From an uncultured delta proteobacterium (GTDB lineage: Bacteria > Desulfobacterota > Desulfobaccia > Desulfobaccales > 0-14-0-80-60-11), in contig CAWETI010000002.1 of NCBI GenBank assembly GCA_963812015.1, positions 736,001 through 800,000 on the forward strand: DNA of 64,000 nucleotides. The letters are read 5' to 3'. Under the pieces are notes generated by a model. It did no database searches. It saw only the letters and a list, made by a program, of their open reading frames with translations, and was not told the DNA's origin. The position numbers were made by a program, and so were the translations under genes. This document shows positions 9,474-18,442 of this stretch, one piece after another (position 1 is the first letter of the stretch; each line of letters opens with the position of its first letter).

Positions 9474-10223
9474 GTGAGCTTTATCATCGCCATGGCCGGC
9501 AAAGGCGGCACCGGCAAGACCACCGTGGCTGGCATGCTGTTGCGCTACCTATTGGAACACGGCAAAAAACCGGTGCTGGCGGTGGACGCCGACGCCAACA
9601 GTAATCTCAACGAAGTCCTGGGGCTCGAAGTGGAGAGCAGCGTCGGCGCGGCCCGGGAAGAGATGAAAAAAAGCGGCGGCATGGTGGATATGACCAAAGA
9701 CCAGCTCATCGAAATGCGCATCAACCAGTGCCTGGTAGAGGCCGACGGCTTCGACCTGATCGCCATGGGCCAGCCGGAAGGCCCCGGCTGTTACTGCGCC
9801 GCCAACCACCTGGTGGCCCGTTTCATGGAGGTCCTGGGGAAAAATTATCCCTACATCCTGATGGACAACGAAGCGGGCATGGAGCACATGAGCCGGCTTA
9901 CCACCAATAAGGTGGACCTCTTGGTCCTGGTGAGCGACCCCTCCTGGCGGGGCATCCAGGCGGCCCGGCGCCTCAAGGATCTGGCCCAGGCCCTGAAAGT
10001 CGTGGTGGGCCGTCCCGTGCTCATCGTCAACCGGGTGAGCAAAGGGTGCAGCCCCAGAACTACCGAGGAAATCGCTACCCAAGGCCTCGAACTGGCCGGT
10101 TTGATCCCCGAAGATCCTCAGCTGGCGGAGTTCGATAGCGAGGGCCGTCCGACATTCTCCCTGCCGGCTGATTCACCAGCATTAAAAGGTGCTTACGCCA
10201 TTTTCGACCGGTTGTTTACTTAA
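9474..10223 (+). CDS. cooC: CODH/ACS nickel-insertion ATPase (CooC/AcsF)
   Basis: GKGGTGKTT, DADANSNL, GCYC, DNEAGMEH; GTG start with SD GAGGGG. Confidence 0.95.
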   Translation: MSFIIAMAGKGGTGKTTVAGMLLRYLLEHGKKPVLAVDADANSNLNEVLGLEVESSVGAAREEMKKSGGMVDMTKDQLIEMRINQCLVEADGFDLIAMGQPEGPGCYCAANHLVARFMEVLGKNYPYILMDNEAGMEHMSRLTTNKVDLLVLVSDPSWRGIQAARRLKDLAQALKVVVGRPVLIVNRVSKGCSPRTTEEIATQGLELAGLIPEDPQLAEFDSEGRPTFSLPADSPALKGAYAIFDRLFT

Positions 10224-10369
10224 GTTCATAACCAACTATCCCCCCGGGCGTGATTTTTTGCTTGACAGGTTGCCCAATAAATTATTATTTTCACAATGTT
10301 TATACCTCCGCATTTCAAGACTAAAGTTAACATGCCGGCAATTCCGGAAAAATTAAGGAGGGAACTACC

Positions 10370-11317
10370 TTGGCGTTTGAAATTCCCCAACAGAAGTATT
10401 CTGGCGCGATTAAAACGGTAACTATCGGCAAAGGCGATAAAGCCATCACTCTGGGAGGAGAGACCTCCTACCCCTTCTATCTGTTTGAGGGGGCAATGCC
10501 CAACAAACCCCGGATTGCCATGGAAGTATGGGACAAGGATCCGGGCGCGGATTGGGCCGCCCCGGCGTACGCGGCCATCAAAGATGTGGCTAAGGACCCC
10601 GTGGCCTGGGCCCAGAAGTGCGTCAAGGAATTTGGCGCCGAAGCCATCGGCCTGATCCTGGTGAGCACCGATCCCAACGGCGACAACGCCTCGGCGGAAG
10701 CGGCCGCGGCCACGGCCAAGAAGGTACTGGCCGCCATCGATGTGCCGTTGATCGTCTACGGCACCGCCAACGTGGAGAAGGACGCGGAAGTGCTGCCCGC
10801 CGTAGCCGAGGCCTGCGCCGACAAGAGCATTACCCTCGGCCCGGTGCAGGATAAGAACTACAAGAAGATCGGCGCCGCGGCCCTGGCTTACAACCACTCG
10901 GTGTCGGCCAACTCGCCCATCGACGTCAACCTGGCCAAACAGTTGAACATTCTCCTGGGCCAGTTGGGCGTTAAAGACAGCCAGATCCTGGTGGATCCCA
11001 CCACCGGCGGCCTGGGCTACGGTATGGAATATTCCTATTCCGTCATCGAGCGTGACCGCATGGCCGCCCTCACCCAGGAAGATGACAAGCTGCAGTCCCC
11101 CATCCTCAACTACGTCGGTCAAGAAGTGTGGAAAGTGAAGGAGTGCAGGCAGACCAACGAAGAGGCGCCGCAACTGGGCGACCAGACCAAGCGGGGCATC
11201 CTGATGGAAGCCATCACCGCGGTGGACCTGCTCTTGGCCGGGAGCGATCTGCTCATCATGCGCCATCCGGAATCGGTGAAAATGGTAAAAAAAGTTATCC
11301 AGGAACTGGCCGGCTAA
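10370..11317 (+). CDS. acsD: Corrinoid Fe-S protein small subunit (delta)
   Basis: DVNLAKQLN, DPTTGGLGYGMEYSYS, MRHP motifs; TTG start with SD AGGAGG. Confidence 0.95.
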   Translation: MAFEIPQQKYSGAIKTVTIGKGDKAITLGGETSYPFYLFEGAMPNKPRIAMEVWDKDPGADWAAPAYAAIKDVAKDPVAWAQKCVKEFGAEAIGLILVSTDPNGDNASAEAAAATAKKVLAAIDVPLIVYGTANVEKDAEVLPAVAEACADKSITLGPVQDKNYKKIGAAALAYNHSVSANSPIDVNLAKQLNILLGQLGVKDSQILVDPTTGGLGYGMEYSYSVIERDRMAALTQEDDKLQSPILNYVGQEVWKVKECRQTNEEAPQLGDQTKRGILMEAITAVDLLLAGSDLLIMRHPESVKMVKKVIQELAG

Positions 11318-11472
11318 GGCGACGCTGCACCTGGATCAAATTATTCTTGTTTTCTCAGAGCTCAGCCCCTTAAGCCAATCGCGGTACCTGTCCAACTTCC
11401 GGGTATGGGGCTCTGTTGCCAAGGGGGGCCATGAAGGTCATCCCTAAAAGTAAGAAACTGGAGGAAAAATTA

Positions 11473-13488
11473 ATGGCAGAGTTAGAGTTAGGAAAACTAT
11501 CCATCGACCCCGCGACCCAAGAGATGCTGAAGAAGGCCCAGGCGGACGGTATTGAAACCATTTGGGATCGGGCCGCGGCCATGAAGCCCTGCCCCATCGG
11601 GGCTGAGGGCGCCTGCTGCCGCATCTGCGCCCAGGGTCCCTGCCGGGTGCCCCCGCCCAAGAAGAAGGAAGGCGAGACCACCGCGGAGAAGAAGCAGCGC
11701 ATGGGCCTGTGCGGCGCCACCGCCGAGACCATCGTGGCCCGGAACTTCGCCCGCATGGTCTGCGCCGGGTCCGCCTCCCACAACGACCATTCCCGGGGCG
11801 TAGCCAAACTGTTCAAGGAAGTGGCCTTGGGCAAGGCCCAGGGCTACCAGCTCAAAGACGTAGCCAAGCTGCGCCGGATCGCCAAGGATTGGGACGTGGC
11901 CACCACCGAGGGCGAGGGCGATGATGCCAAGCCCCGCACCAAGGAAGCCATCGCCCTGGAAATGGCCGATAAGATTTTGTTGGAGTTCGGCCAGCAGGAC
12001 GGCGAACTCACCAACATCAAGCGGGCCCCCAAGAAACGCCAGGAACTGTGGCGGAAATACGGCATCGTGCCCCGGGGCTGCGACATCGAGATCGTGGAAC
12101 TGATGCACCGCACCCACATGGGCGTGGACCAGGACTACCACAACCTCATCAAGCAGTGCAGCCGCACCGCCCTCTCCGATGGGTGGGGCGGTTCCATGAT
12201 CTCCACCGACCTCCAGGACGTCATCTTCGGCTGTCCGGTGCCGGTGGCCGGCGAAATCAACCTGGGCGTCCTCAAAGAGGACCATGTCAATATCATCATC
12301 CACGGCCATGAGCCGGTACTGCCGGAGATGATCTACGTGGCCTCCCAGGAGCCGGAGCTGCTCCAGTACGCCCAGAACAAGGGCGCCAAGGGCATCCAGC
12401 TGGCCGGCATGTGCTGCTCCGCCAACGAGATCCTCATGCGCCACGGCATTCCCATTGCCGGCAACTACCTCCAGCAGGAGCTGGCCATCATCACCGGGGC
12501 GGTGGACGCCATGGTGGTGGACGTGCAGTGCATCATGGAATCCCTGGCCAACGTGGCCAAGTGCTACCACACCAAGCTGATCACCACCGACCCCCGGGCC
12601 CGGATGACCGGGGAAACCATGCACATCCCCTTTGACGATCATCATGCCCTGGACATCGCCCGCCAGGTGGTCCGGGAAGCCATCGACAACTTCCCCAACC
12701 GCAAGGCCCCGGTAATGATCCCGGCGGCCCACACCCCCACGGTGGTGGGCTTCAGCTACGAGACCATCCAGTATCTGCTGGGCGGCTCCATCCGGGGCTC
12801 CTACTACACCCTGAACGACAACGTCATCAACGGCCGGATTCGGGGCGTGGCCGGCGTGGTGGGCTGCAACAACTGCCGCACCACCCATGACAGCTCCCAT
12901 CTGACCCTCATCAAGGAACTGATTAAGAATGACGTCATCGTGCTGTCCACCGGCTGCTCCGCCATGGCCGCCGGCAAGTACGGCCTGCTGACGCCGGAGG
13001 CCGCTAAGTTCTGCGGCCCGGGTCTGGCTGAGATCTGCGAGACCGTGGGCATCCCGCCGGTGCTGCACATGGGGTCCTGCGTGGACAACTCCCGCATCCT
13101 GATGGCGGCCACCGCCTGCGTCAAGGCCGGCGGCCTGGGCACCGACATCAGCGATCTGCCCGCCGCGGGCGCGGCGCCGGAGTGGATGTCTGAAAAGGCC
13201 ATCGCCATCGGCCAGTACTTCGTGGCCTCGGGGGTGTACACCCTCTTCGGCGTCACCTGGCCCACCACCGGCTCCGAGATCTTGACCGACTACCTGTTCA
13301 AGGGCATCGAAGAAGAGCTGGGCGGCAAGTGGGACTTCGAAGCCGATCCGGAACTGATGGCCAAGAAGATGATCGCCCACATCGACCTCAAGCGTAAAGC
13401 CCTGGGCATCGACAAGGCCCGGGAGCGGGTCCTCTACGACATGGATATGCGCCGGGAAATGGCAGAGGCCGCCGCCGCCGAGCATTAA
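11473..13488 (+). CDS. cooS: Anaerobic Ni-CO dehydrogenase catalytic subunit (CooS/AcsA)
   Basis: CCRICAQGPC, HGHEP, GMCCS, GCN, TGC, HMGSCVDN, MSEKA cluster ligands. Confidence 0.97.
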   Translation: MAELELGKLSIDPATQEMLKKAQADGIETIWDRAAAMKPCPIGAEGACCRICAQGPCRVPPPKKKEGETTAEKKQRMGLCGATAETIVARNFARMVCAGSASHNDHSRGVAKLFKEVALGKAQGYQLKDVAKLRRIAKDWDVATTEGEGDDAKPRTKEAIALEMADKILLEFGQQDGELTNIKRAPKKRQELWRKYGIVPRGCDIEIVELMHRTHMGVDQDYHNLIKQCSRTALSDGWGGSMISTDLQDVIFGCPVPVAGEINLGVLKEDHVNIIIHGHEPVLPEMIYVASQEPELLQYAQNKGAKGIQLAGMCCSANEILMRHGIPIAGNYLQQELAIITGAVDAMVVDVQCIMESLANVAKCYHTKLITTDPRARMTGETMHIPFDDHHALDIARQVVREAIDNFPNRKAPVMIPAAHTPTVVGFSYETIQYLLGGSIRGSYYTLNDNVINGRIRGVAGVVGCNNCRTTHDSSHLTLIKELIKNDVIVLSTGCSAMAAGKYGLLTPEAAKFCGPGLAEICETVGIPPVLHMGSCVDNSRILMAATACVKAGGLGTDISDLPAAGAAPEWMSEKAIAIGQYFVASGVYTLFGVTWPTTGSEILTDYLFKGIEEELGGKWDFEADPELMAKKMIAHIDLKRKALGIDKARERVLYDMDMRREMAEAAAAEH

Positions 13489-13497
13489 GAATCAACG

Positions 13498-13528
13498 GGA
13501 CTGCCCTGCCACGAAGGCAGGGCGGTCC
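13498..13528 (+). other. Intergenic stem-loop between cooS and acsB
   Basis: GGACTGCCCTGCC-ACGAA-GGCAGGGCGGTCC. Confidence 0.6.
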
Positions 13529-13572
13529 ATCGCAGTTAATTTCCTTTACGAAAAAGGAAGGAGGAAGATACA

Positions 13573-15804
13573 GTGTCGAAAATCATCATTTCCGCAGCTA
13601 TCCGCGGGGCTCACAAGATCGTTGACAAGTGCGCGGCCAAGTTGGACGAGGCCATTCAAAAATATGGTGAAAAGCAGGAAATCGGCTTCCCCAATACCGC
13701 ATATTATCTCCCCATCATCTACTCCCTGATGGGCACCAAGATCGAGAAGCTCAAAGACGCCGTCCCCGTCATGGCGCGCTGCAAAGCCTTGCTGCCGCCG
13801 GTCCCGGCCGAGCACAACTACCTGCCCTATCTTGGACCCGGCCTGGACGCCGGTCTGGCCACTCTGTTCGCCGAGGAAATCTCTGAGGCCATCCGCTACG
13901 TGGAAGACCCCAATTTCTACGTGGGCGGGGAAGAAGTTTTCAGCAAAGGTGACAAGAATATCTGGCTGGGCGCCGCGGAAGACACCATCTTCCGGAAACG
14001 CGGCGTCGAGTTCGTCGACGGTTCCGCCCCGGGGTTCGCCGCCATCGTCGGCGCTGCCCCCTCGGTGCAGGAAGCCGTGGACCTGGTAACGGAATATCAG
14101 AAGAAGAACCTCTACATCTTCTGTGCCGCTAAGTCCATCGACGGCAAGACCTCGGTGCCCGAGCAGCTCCTGGAAGGCGGCGTGCAGATCGGCTGGCCTA
14201 CCCGGATCGTGCCCTTCAGCCCGGATATCGCCGGGGCGGTCTTCGCCCTGGGCTTCGCCAACCGGGCTGCCATGGCCTTCGGCGGTGTGAAGCCCGGCGC
14301 CGCCCTGAAGATGCTCTTGTACAACAAGGACCGCATCTTCGCGTTCGTTAATGCAGTATCCGAGATCTCCGACGAATGGTACGCCAACGCCGCGGGTTGT
14401 ATCAACTGGGGCTTCCCCACCATCACCAACCAGAACATCCCCCAGGTGCTGCCCACCGGTATCTGCACCTATGAACACGTAGTCAGCAACGTGCCCATGG
14501 CGGAGTTGGGCCAGAAGTCCATCGAAGTCCGGGGCCTCAAGGTCCAGGTCACCGAGATCGACATCCCGGTGAACTTCGGCGCTGCCTTCGAAGGTGAGCG
14601 GGTCCGGAAAGACGACCTCTACGCCGAGTGCGGCGGTGGCAAGACCCAGGCGGTGGAGCTGGTAACCAGCAAACGCATGGACGAAGTGGAGGATGGCAAG
14701 GTGGAAGTCTTCGGTCCGGATCTCCCCGACCTGCCCCAGGACAAAATCCCCATGCGCCTGCCCCTGGCGGTGGTGGTGGAAGTGGCCGGCCGGGCCTTCC
14801 AGCCCGACTTCGAGCCCATCCTGGAGCGGCAGATTCACCACCTGGTGAACTACGCCCAGGGCGTCATGCACATCGGGCAGCGGGACATCGCCTGGTACCG
14901 CATCGGCAAGGCCGCGGTGGAAAAGGGCTTCAGCCTGAAACACATCGGCACCATTCTGCACGCCAAATACCACCAGGACTTCGGCGCGATCTTCGATAAA
15001 TGCCAGATTAAGATCTATACCGAGAAAGACAAGGTGGACGAAATCACCAAGCTGGCCCGGAAGGTTTACCATGAGCGTGACGCCCGGGTGGAAAACATGC
15101 GGGACGAAACCACCGAGACCTACTACTCCTGCACCCTGTGCCAGTCCTTCGCCCCCAACCATGTCTGCGTGGTCAGCCCGGAGCGTACCGGCCTGTGCGG
15201 CGCCTACAACTGGATGGACTGCAAAGCCTCAAATGAAATCAACCCCACCGGCCCCAACCAGCCCATCCAGAAAGGTCAAGTCCTGGATGAGAAGTATGGC
15301 ATGTGGCAGGGAGTCAACGATTTCGTGTTCAAGGCCTCCCGCCAAAAGGTGGAAAAATACAACTTCTACAGCCTAGTCTATGACCCCATGACCACCTGCG
15401 GCTGCTGCGAGGCCATCTCCGCAGTACTGCCCATGTGTAACGGTATCATGACGGTCAACCGGGACTACACCGGTGAAACCCCCTGCGGGATGAAGTTCAC
15501 CACTCTGGCCGGCGTCATCGGCGGCGGCCAAGTCACCCCGGGCTTTGTGGGCCACAGCAAGTACAACGTTTGCCAGCGGAAATTCATCAAAGGCGACGGC
15601 GGACTGAAGCGGGTGGTCTGGATGCCCAAAATCCTGAAAGACGAACTCCGGGAACAGCTCCTGAAGCGGGGCGAGGAAGAAGGGATGCCCGATCTGCTCG
15701 ATCGCATTGCCGATGAGACGGTGGGCGTCACCGAAGACGAAATCCTGGCCTTCCTGACGGAAAAGAAACACCCGGCTCTGGAAATGGACCCCATTATCGG
15801 TTAA
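13573..15804 (+). CDS. acsB: Acetyl-CoA synthase (bacterial-type, with N-terminal domain)
   Basis: FPNTAYYLP, CTLCQSFAPNHVC, GLCGA, PMTTCGCCE A-cluster motifs. Confidence 0.97.
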   Translation: MSKIIISAAIRGAHKIVDKCAAKLDEAIQKYGEKQEIGFPNTAYYLPIIYSLMGTKIEKLKDAVPVMARCKALLPPVPAEHNYLPYLGPGLDAGLATLFAEEISEAIRYVEDPNFYVGGEEVFSKGDKNIWLGAAEDTIFRKRGVEFVDGSAPGFAAIVGAAPSVQEAVDLVTEYQKKNLYIFCAAKSIDGKTSVPEQLLEGGVQIGWPTRIVPFSPDIAGAVFALGFANRAAMAFGGVKPGAALKMLLYNKDRIFAFVNAVSEISDEWYANAAGCINWGFPTITNQNIPQVLPTGICTYEHVVSNVPMAELGQKSIEVRGLKVQVTEIDIPVNFGAAFEGERVRKDDLYAECGGGKTQAVELVTSKRMDEVEDGKVEVFGPDLPDLPQDKIPMRLPLAVVVEVAGRAFQPDFEPILERQIHHLVNYAQGVMHIGQRDIAWYRIGKAAVEKGFSLKHIGTILHAKYHQDFGAIFDKCQIKIYTEKDKVDEITKLARKVYHERDARVENMRDETTETYYSCTLCQSFAPNHVCVVSPERTGLCGAYNWMDCKASNEINPTGPNQPIQKGQVLDEKYGMWQGVNDFVFKASRQKVEKYNFYSLVYDPMTTCGCCEAISAVLPMCNGIMTVNRDYTGETPCGMKFTTLAGVIGGGQVTPGFVGHSKYNVCQRKFIKGDGGLKRVVWMPKILKDELREQLLKRGEEEGMPDLLDRIADETVGVTEDEILAFLTEKKHPALEMDPIIG

Positions 15805-15812
15805 CCTCTACG

Positions 15813-15843
15813 GGGCCTGGAGGTGCGCCCCTCCAGGCCCTTG
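15813..15843 (+). terminator. Stem-loop / possible weak terminator after acsB
   Basis: GGGCCTGGAGG...CCTCCAGGCCC followed by TTGCTTGATTT. Confidence 0.5.
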
Positions 15844-15929
15844 CTTGATTTCAGGTCCCGGCGGTACGGGACATGCCAGCCCGGTAAAGACCCCCGTGGG
15901 CCACCCAGCCATGGATAAGGAGAGAGACA

Positions 15930-17270
15930 ATGGCATTAACTGGAATTGAAATCTTTAAAATGCTCCCCAAGACCAACTGTAAGGAATGCGGCTTTCCCAC
16001 CTGTCTGGCCTTTGCCATGGCCCTGGCCAGCGGTAAGGCCGAGTTGGATAAATGTCCTTACGTGTCCGATGAGGCCAAGGAAAAACTTGCCGCAGCCTCG
16101 GCCCCGCCCATCCGCCCCGTCAAACTGGCGATGAAGGAAGGGGTCAAGACCATCGGTGGTGAGACCGTGATGTTCCGGCACGAGAAGACCTTCTTCAACC
16201 CCACCATCATCGCCGGTCTGGTGACCACCGCTGCACCCGATGCCGAGGTAGACGCCAAGCTGGCTCAGTTCATGAAGTTGCAGTACGACCGGGTGGGTCT
16301 CCTGCTCCGGCCGGAAATGATGGTTGTACATGATGCTAACGGCGACGCCGGGAAGTTTGCCGCCCTGGCTAAGAAAGTCATGGACAAGACCGACGCCGCG
16401 ATCCTGCTGTGCTCCGATAAAGCTGATGTCCTAAAGGCCGGGGCCGAGGCCGCTAAGGACCGGAAGCCGATGCTGGGCGTCGCCACGCCTGAGAATGCCG
16501 ATGCCATCGGCGCTGTGGCCAAAGAAACGGGGCTGGCCCTGGTGGCCAAAGCCGACGGCTATGACGCCCTGGCGGCCCTCACTACCAAGCTCACCGGCAT
16601 GGGCCTGAAAGACCTGGTGATCGATGCCGGAGCCCGGGCCCTGAAACAGGCCCTCCAGGATCAGATCGTCATCCGCCGGGCTCCCCTGACGGCTCAGTTC
16701 AAGCCTTTCGGCTTCCCCACCATCACCGTCCCGGCCCAAATGACCGATGATCCCATGATGGAAAAGCTCTACGCTGCGGTCTTCATTGCCAAGTACGGCG
16801 GCATCGTGGTGGTCAACGACCTGTCCGCCGACGGGATCTTCCCGCTGCTGCTGGAGCGCCTCAATATCTTCACCGACCCGCAGAAGCCCATGATCATCAC
16901 CCCGGGCATCTACGAGATCGGGACTCCGGGCCCGGATTCCCCCGTGGCCATCACCACCAACTTCGCCCTCACCTACTTTATCGTGTCCGGCGAAATCGAG
17001 GCCAGCAAGGTTTCCACCTGGCTGCTCATCCAAGACACCGAGGGCCTGTCGGTGATGACCGCCTGGGCCGCCGGGAAATTCTCCGGCGACTCGGTGGCGA
17101 TGTTCGTGAAGAAGTGCGGGATTGCCGACAAGGTTAAGACCCGTACGCTCCTCATTCCAGGCTATGCCGCGGGTATCAGCGGTGATCTGGAAGAGGAACT
17201 GCCCGATTGGAAAGTTCTCATCGGGCCCCGGGAAGCCTCCCATATCCCGGCCTTGCTGAAAACCCTGTAG
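15930..17270 (+). CDS. acsC: Corrinoid Fe-S protein large subunit (gamma)
   Basis: LPKTNCKECGFPTCLAFA...KCP 4Fe-4S motif, TTNFALTYF, SVMTAWAAGKF, GPREAS. Confidence 0.97.
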   Translation: MALTGIEIFKMLPKTNCKECGFPTCLAFAMALASGKAELDKCPYVSDEAKEKLAAASAPPIRPVKLAMKEGVKTIGGETVMFRHEKTFFNPTIIAGLVTTAAPDAEVDAKLAQFMKLQYDRVGLLLRPEMMVVHDANGDAGKFAALAKKVMDKTDAAILLCSDKADVLKAGAEAAKDRKPMLGVATPENADAIGAVAKETGLALVAKADGYDALAALTTKLTGMGLKDLVIDAGARALKQALQDQIVIRRAPLTAQFKPFGFPTITVPAQMTDDPMMEKLYAAVFIAKYGGIVVVNDLSADGIFPLLLERLNIFTDPQKPMIITPGIYEIGTPGPDSPVAITTNFALTYFIVSGEIEASKVSTWLLIQDTEGLSVMTAWAAGKFSGDSVAMFVKKCGIADKVKTRTLLIPGYAAGISGDLEEELPDWKVLIGPREASHIPALLKTL

Positions 17271-17359
17271 TTCGCGTAGGAGCTCCTCAGATATCCGGGA
17301 AGAAAGCCCCAAGGGGCTTTCTTCCCCACCGACAGTACCGTCAAGAAGGGGGTCACCTG

Positions 17360-18250
17360 ATGAGTAAATTTTACCGAATCGGCGAAAACCTGAACGTGGT
17401 GACCAAAGTATATGGTCAAGCGATGAAGGAGCGCAATCCCAAACCACTCCAGGAGGTGGCCCTGAAAGAGGCCGAGGCCGGGGTGGATTTTATTGACGTC
17501 AATATCGGCCCGGCCCGCAAGGGCGGCGAAGAACTGATGGAATGGATCGTCAAGACCATCCAGGCAGTGGTGCCCAATGTGCCCCTGGCCCTGGACACCT
17601 CCAACATCGCCGCCATGGAAGCCGGTCTTAAGGCCCATAAAGGCCGTGCCCTGATCAACTCCATCATGGCCCGGCCCGAGCGCATGGACGGCATGATGCC
17701 CCTGGTGAAGAAATACGATGCCGACATGATCGGGCTGATGTGGGGCCCCGAGGGCATGCCCCGGGACGAGCACGAGCGCGGCATGCTCACCGCCGAAATC
17801 CTGGCCAAGGCGGCGGAATACGATATCGAGAACGAACGCATCTGGTTCGATCCCATCATCGCGCCGCTGAACATCCAGCAGAACCAGCTCATCGCCACCC
17901 TGGAATACATGCAGATGCTCCAGGATATCGCGCCCGGGTCCAAGTCCACCTGCGGCCTGTCCAACTCCAGCAATGGCGTGCCCGATGAGCTCCGGCCCAT
18001 CATCAACCGGACCTACGTCATCATGCTGCAGCGGTACGGCATGGTGTCCGCCATCGTCGACGCCTTCGACGATGAACTGGCCAATGTGGTCAATGGCAAA
18101 ATGCCCGAAGCCGTGAAAATCGTCCATGACATCATGGACGGCAAATCCGTGGACATCCCATCCATGTCCAAAACCTTGCAGAACTACGCCAAGACCGCCC
18201 GGGTCATCATGGGCCAGGTCTTGTTCTCCGATTCCTGGCTGGAAATCTAA
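17360..18250 (+). CDS. acsE: Methyltetrahydrofolate:corrinoid Fe-S protein methyltransferase
   Basis: IGENLN, DVNIG, LDT, LINS, FDP, GLSN pterin-binding TIM barrel motifs; last gene of the acs cluster. Confidence 0.93.
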   Translation: MSKFYRIGENLNVVTKVYGQAMKERNPKPLQEVALKEAEAGVDFIDVNIGPARKGGEELMEWIVKTIQAVVPNVPLALDTSNIAAMEAGLKAHKGRALINSIMARPERMDGMMPLVKKYDADMIGLMWGPEGMPRDEHERGMLTAEILAKAAEYDIENERIWFDPIIAPLNIQQNQLIATLEYMQMLQDIAPGSKSTCGLSNSSNGVPDELRPIINRTYVIMLQRYGMVSAIVDAFDDELANVVNGKMPEAVKIVHDIMDGKSVDIPSMSKTLQNYAKTARVIMGQVLFSDSWLEI

Positions 18251-18279
18251 GGACGCAGCATTCCCATCGCAGCAAACGT

Positions 18280-18312
18280 GTAGGGGCGGGTTTTAACACC
18301 CGCCCCTTTTTT
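18280..18312 (+). repeat. GTAG-type REP-like hairpin serving as acsE terminator
   Basis: GTAGGGGCGGG-TTTTAACA-CCCGCCCCT followed by T run. Confidence 0.65.
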
Positions 18313-18318
18313 GGTTTC

Positions 18319-18386
18319 TGGGGAGAGGGCCAGGGGCCGACGGCCCCTGCCCACTCCCCAGGCCCCTCCCCCAACCCCCATAAGGG
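18319..18386 (+). repeat. G/C-rich palindromic repeat, copy 1
   Basis: GGGGAGAGGGCCAGGGGC...GCCCCTGCCCACTCCCC...CCCCTCCCCCAACCCC matches the first half of the polB insert read on the minus strand. Confidence 0.7.
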
Positions 18387-18442
18387 AAGGCGGGGTAAGC
18401 CCCAGTAACCGGTGGCCCGCTTTTTCCCCTTATCCCGATGTC

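Noticed and set aside
9146..9604. 152-aa ORF starting MAGGLGFEPR
   Set aside because: It is the antisense translation of tRNA-Gln plus promoter DNA
11497..13485. Long antisense ORFs (e.g. 11497..13485, 13546..15162, 18311..19300, 37864..39279, 43227..44453)
   Set aside because: Shadow frames of high-GC genes that have clear family motifs on the opposite strand
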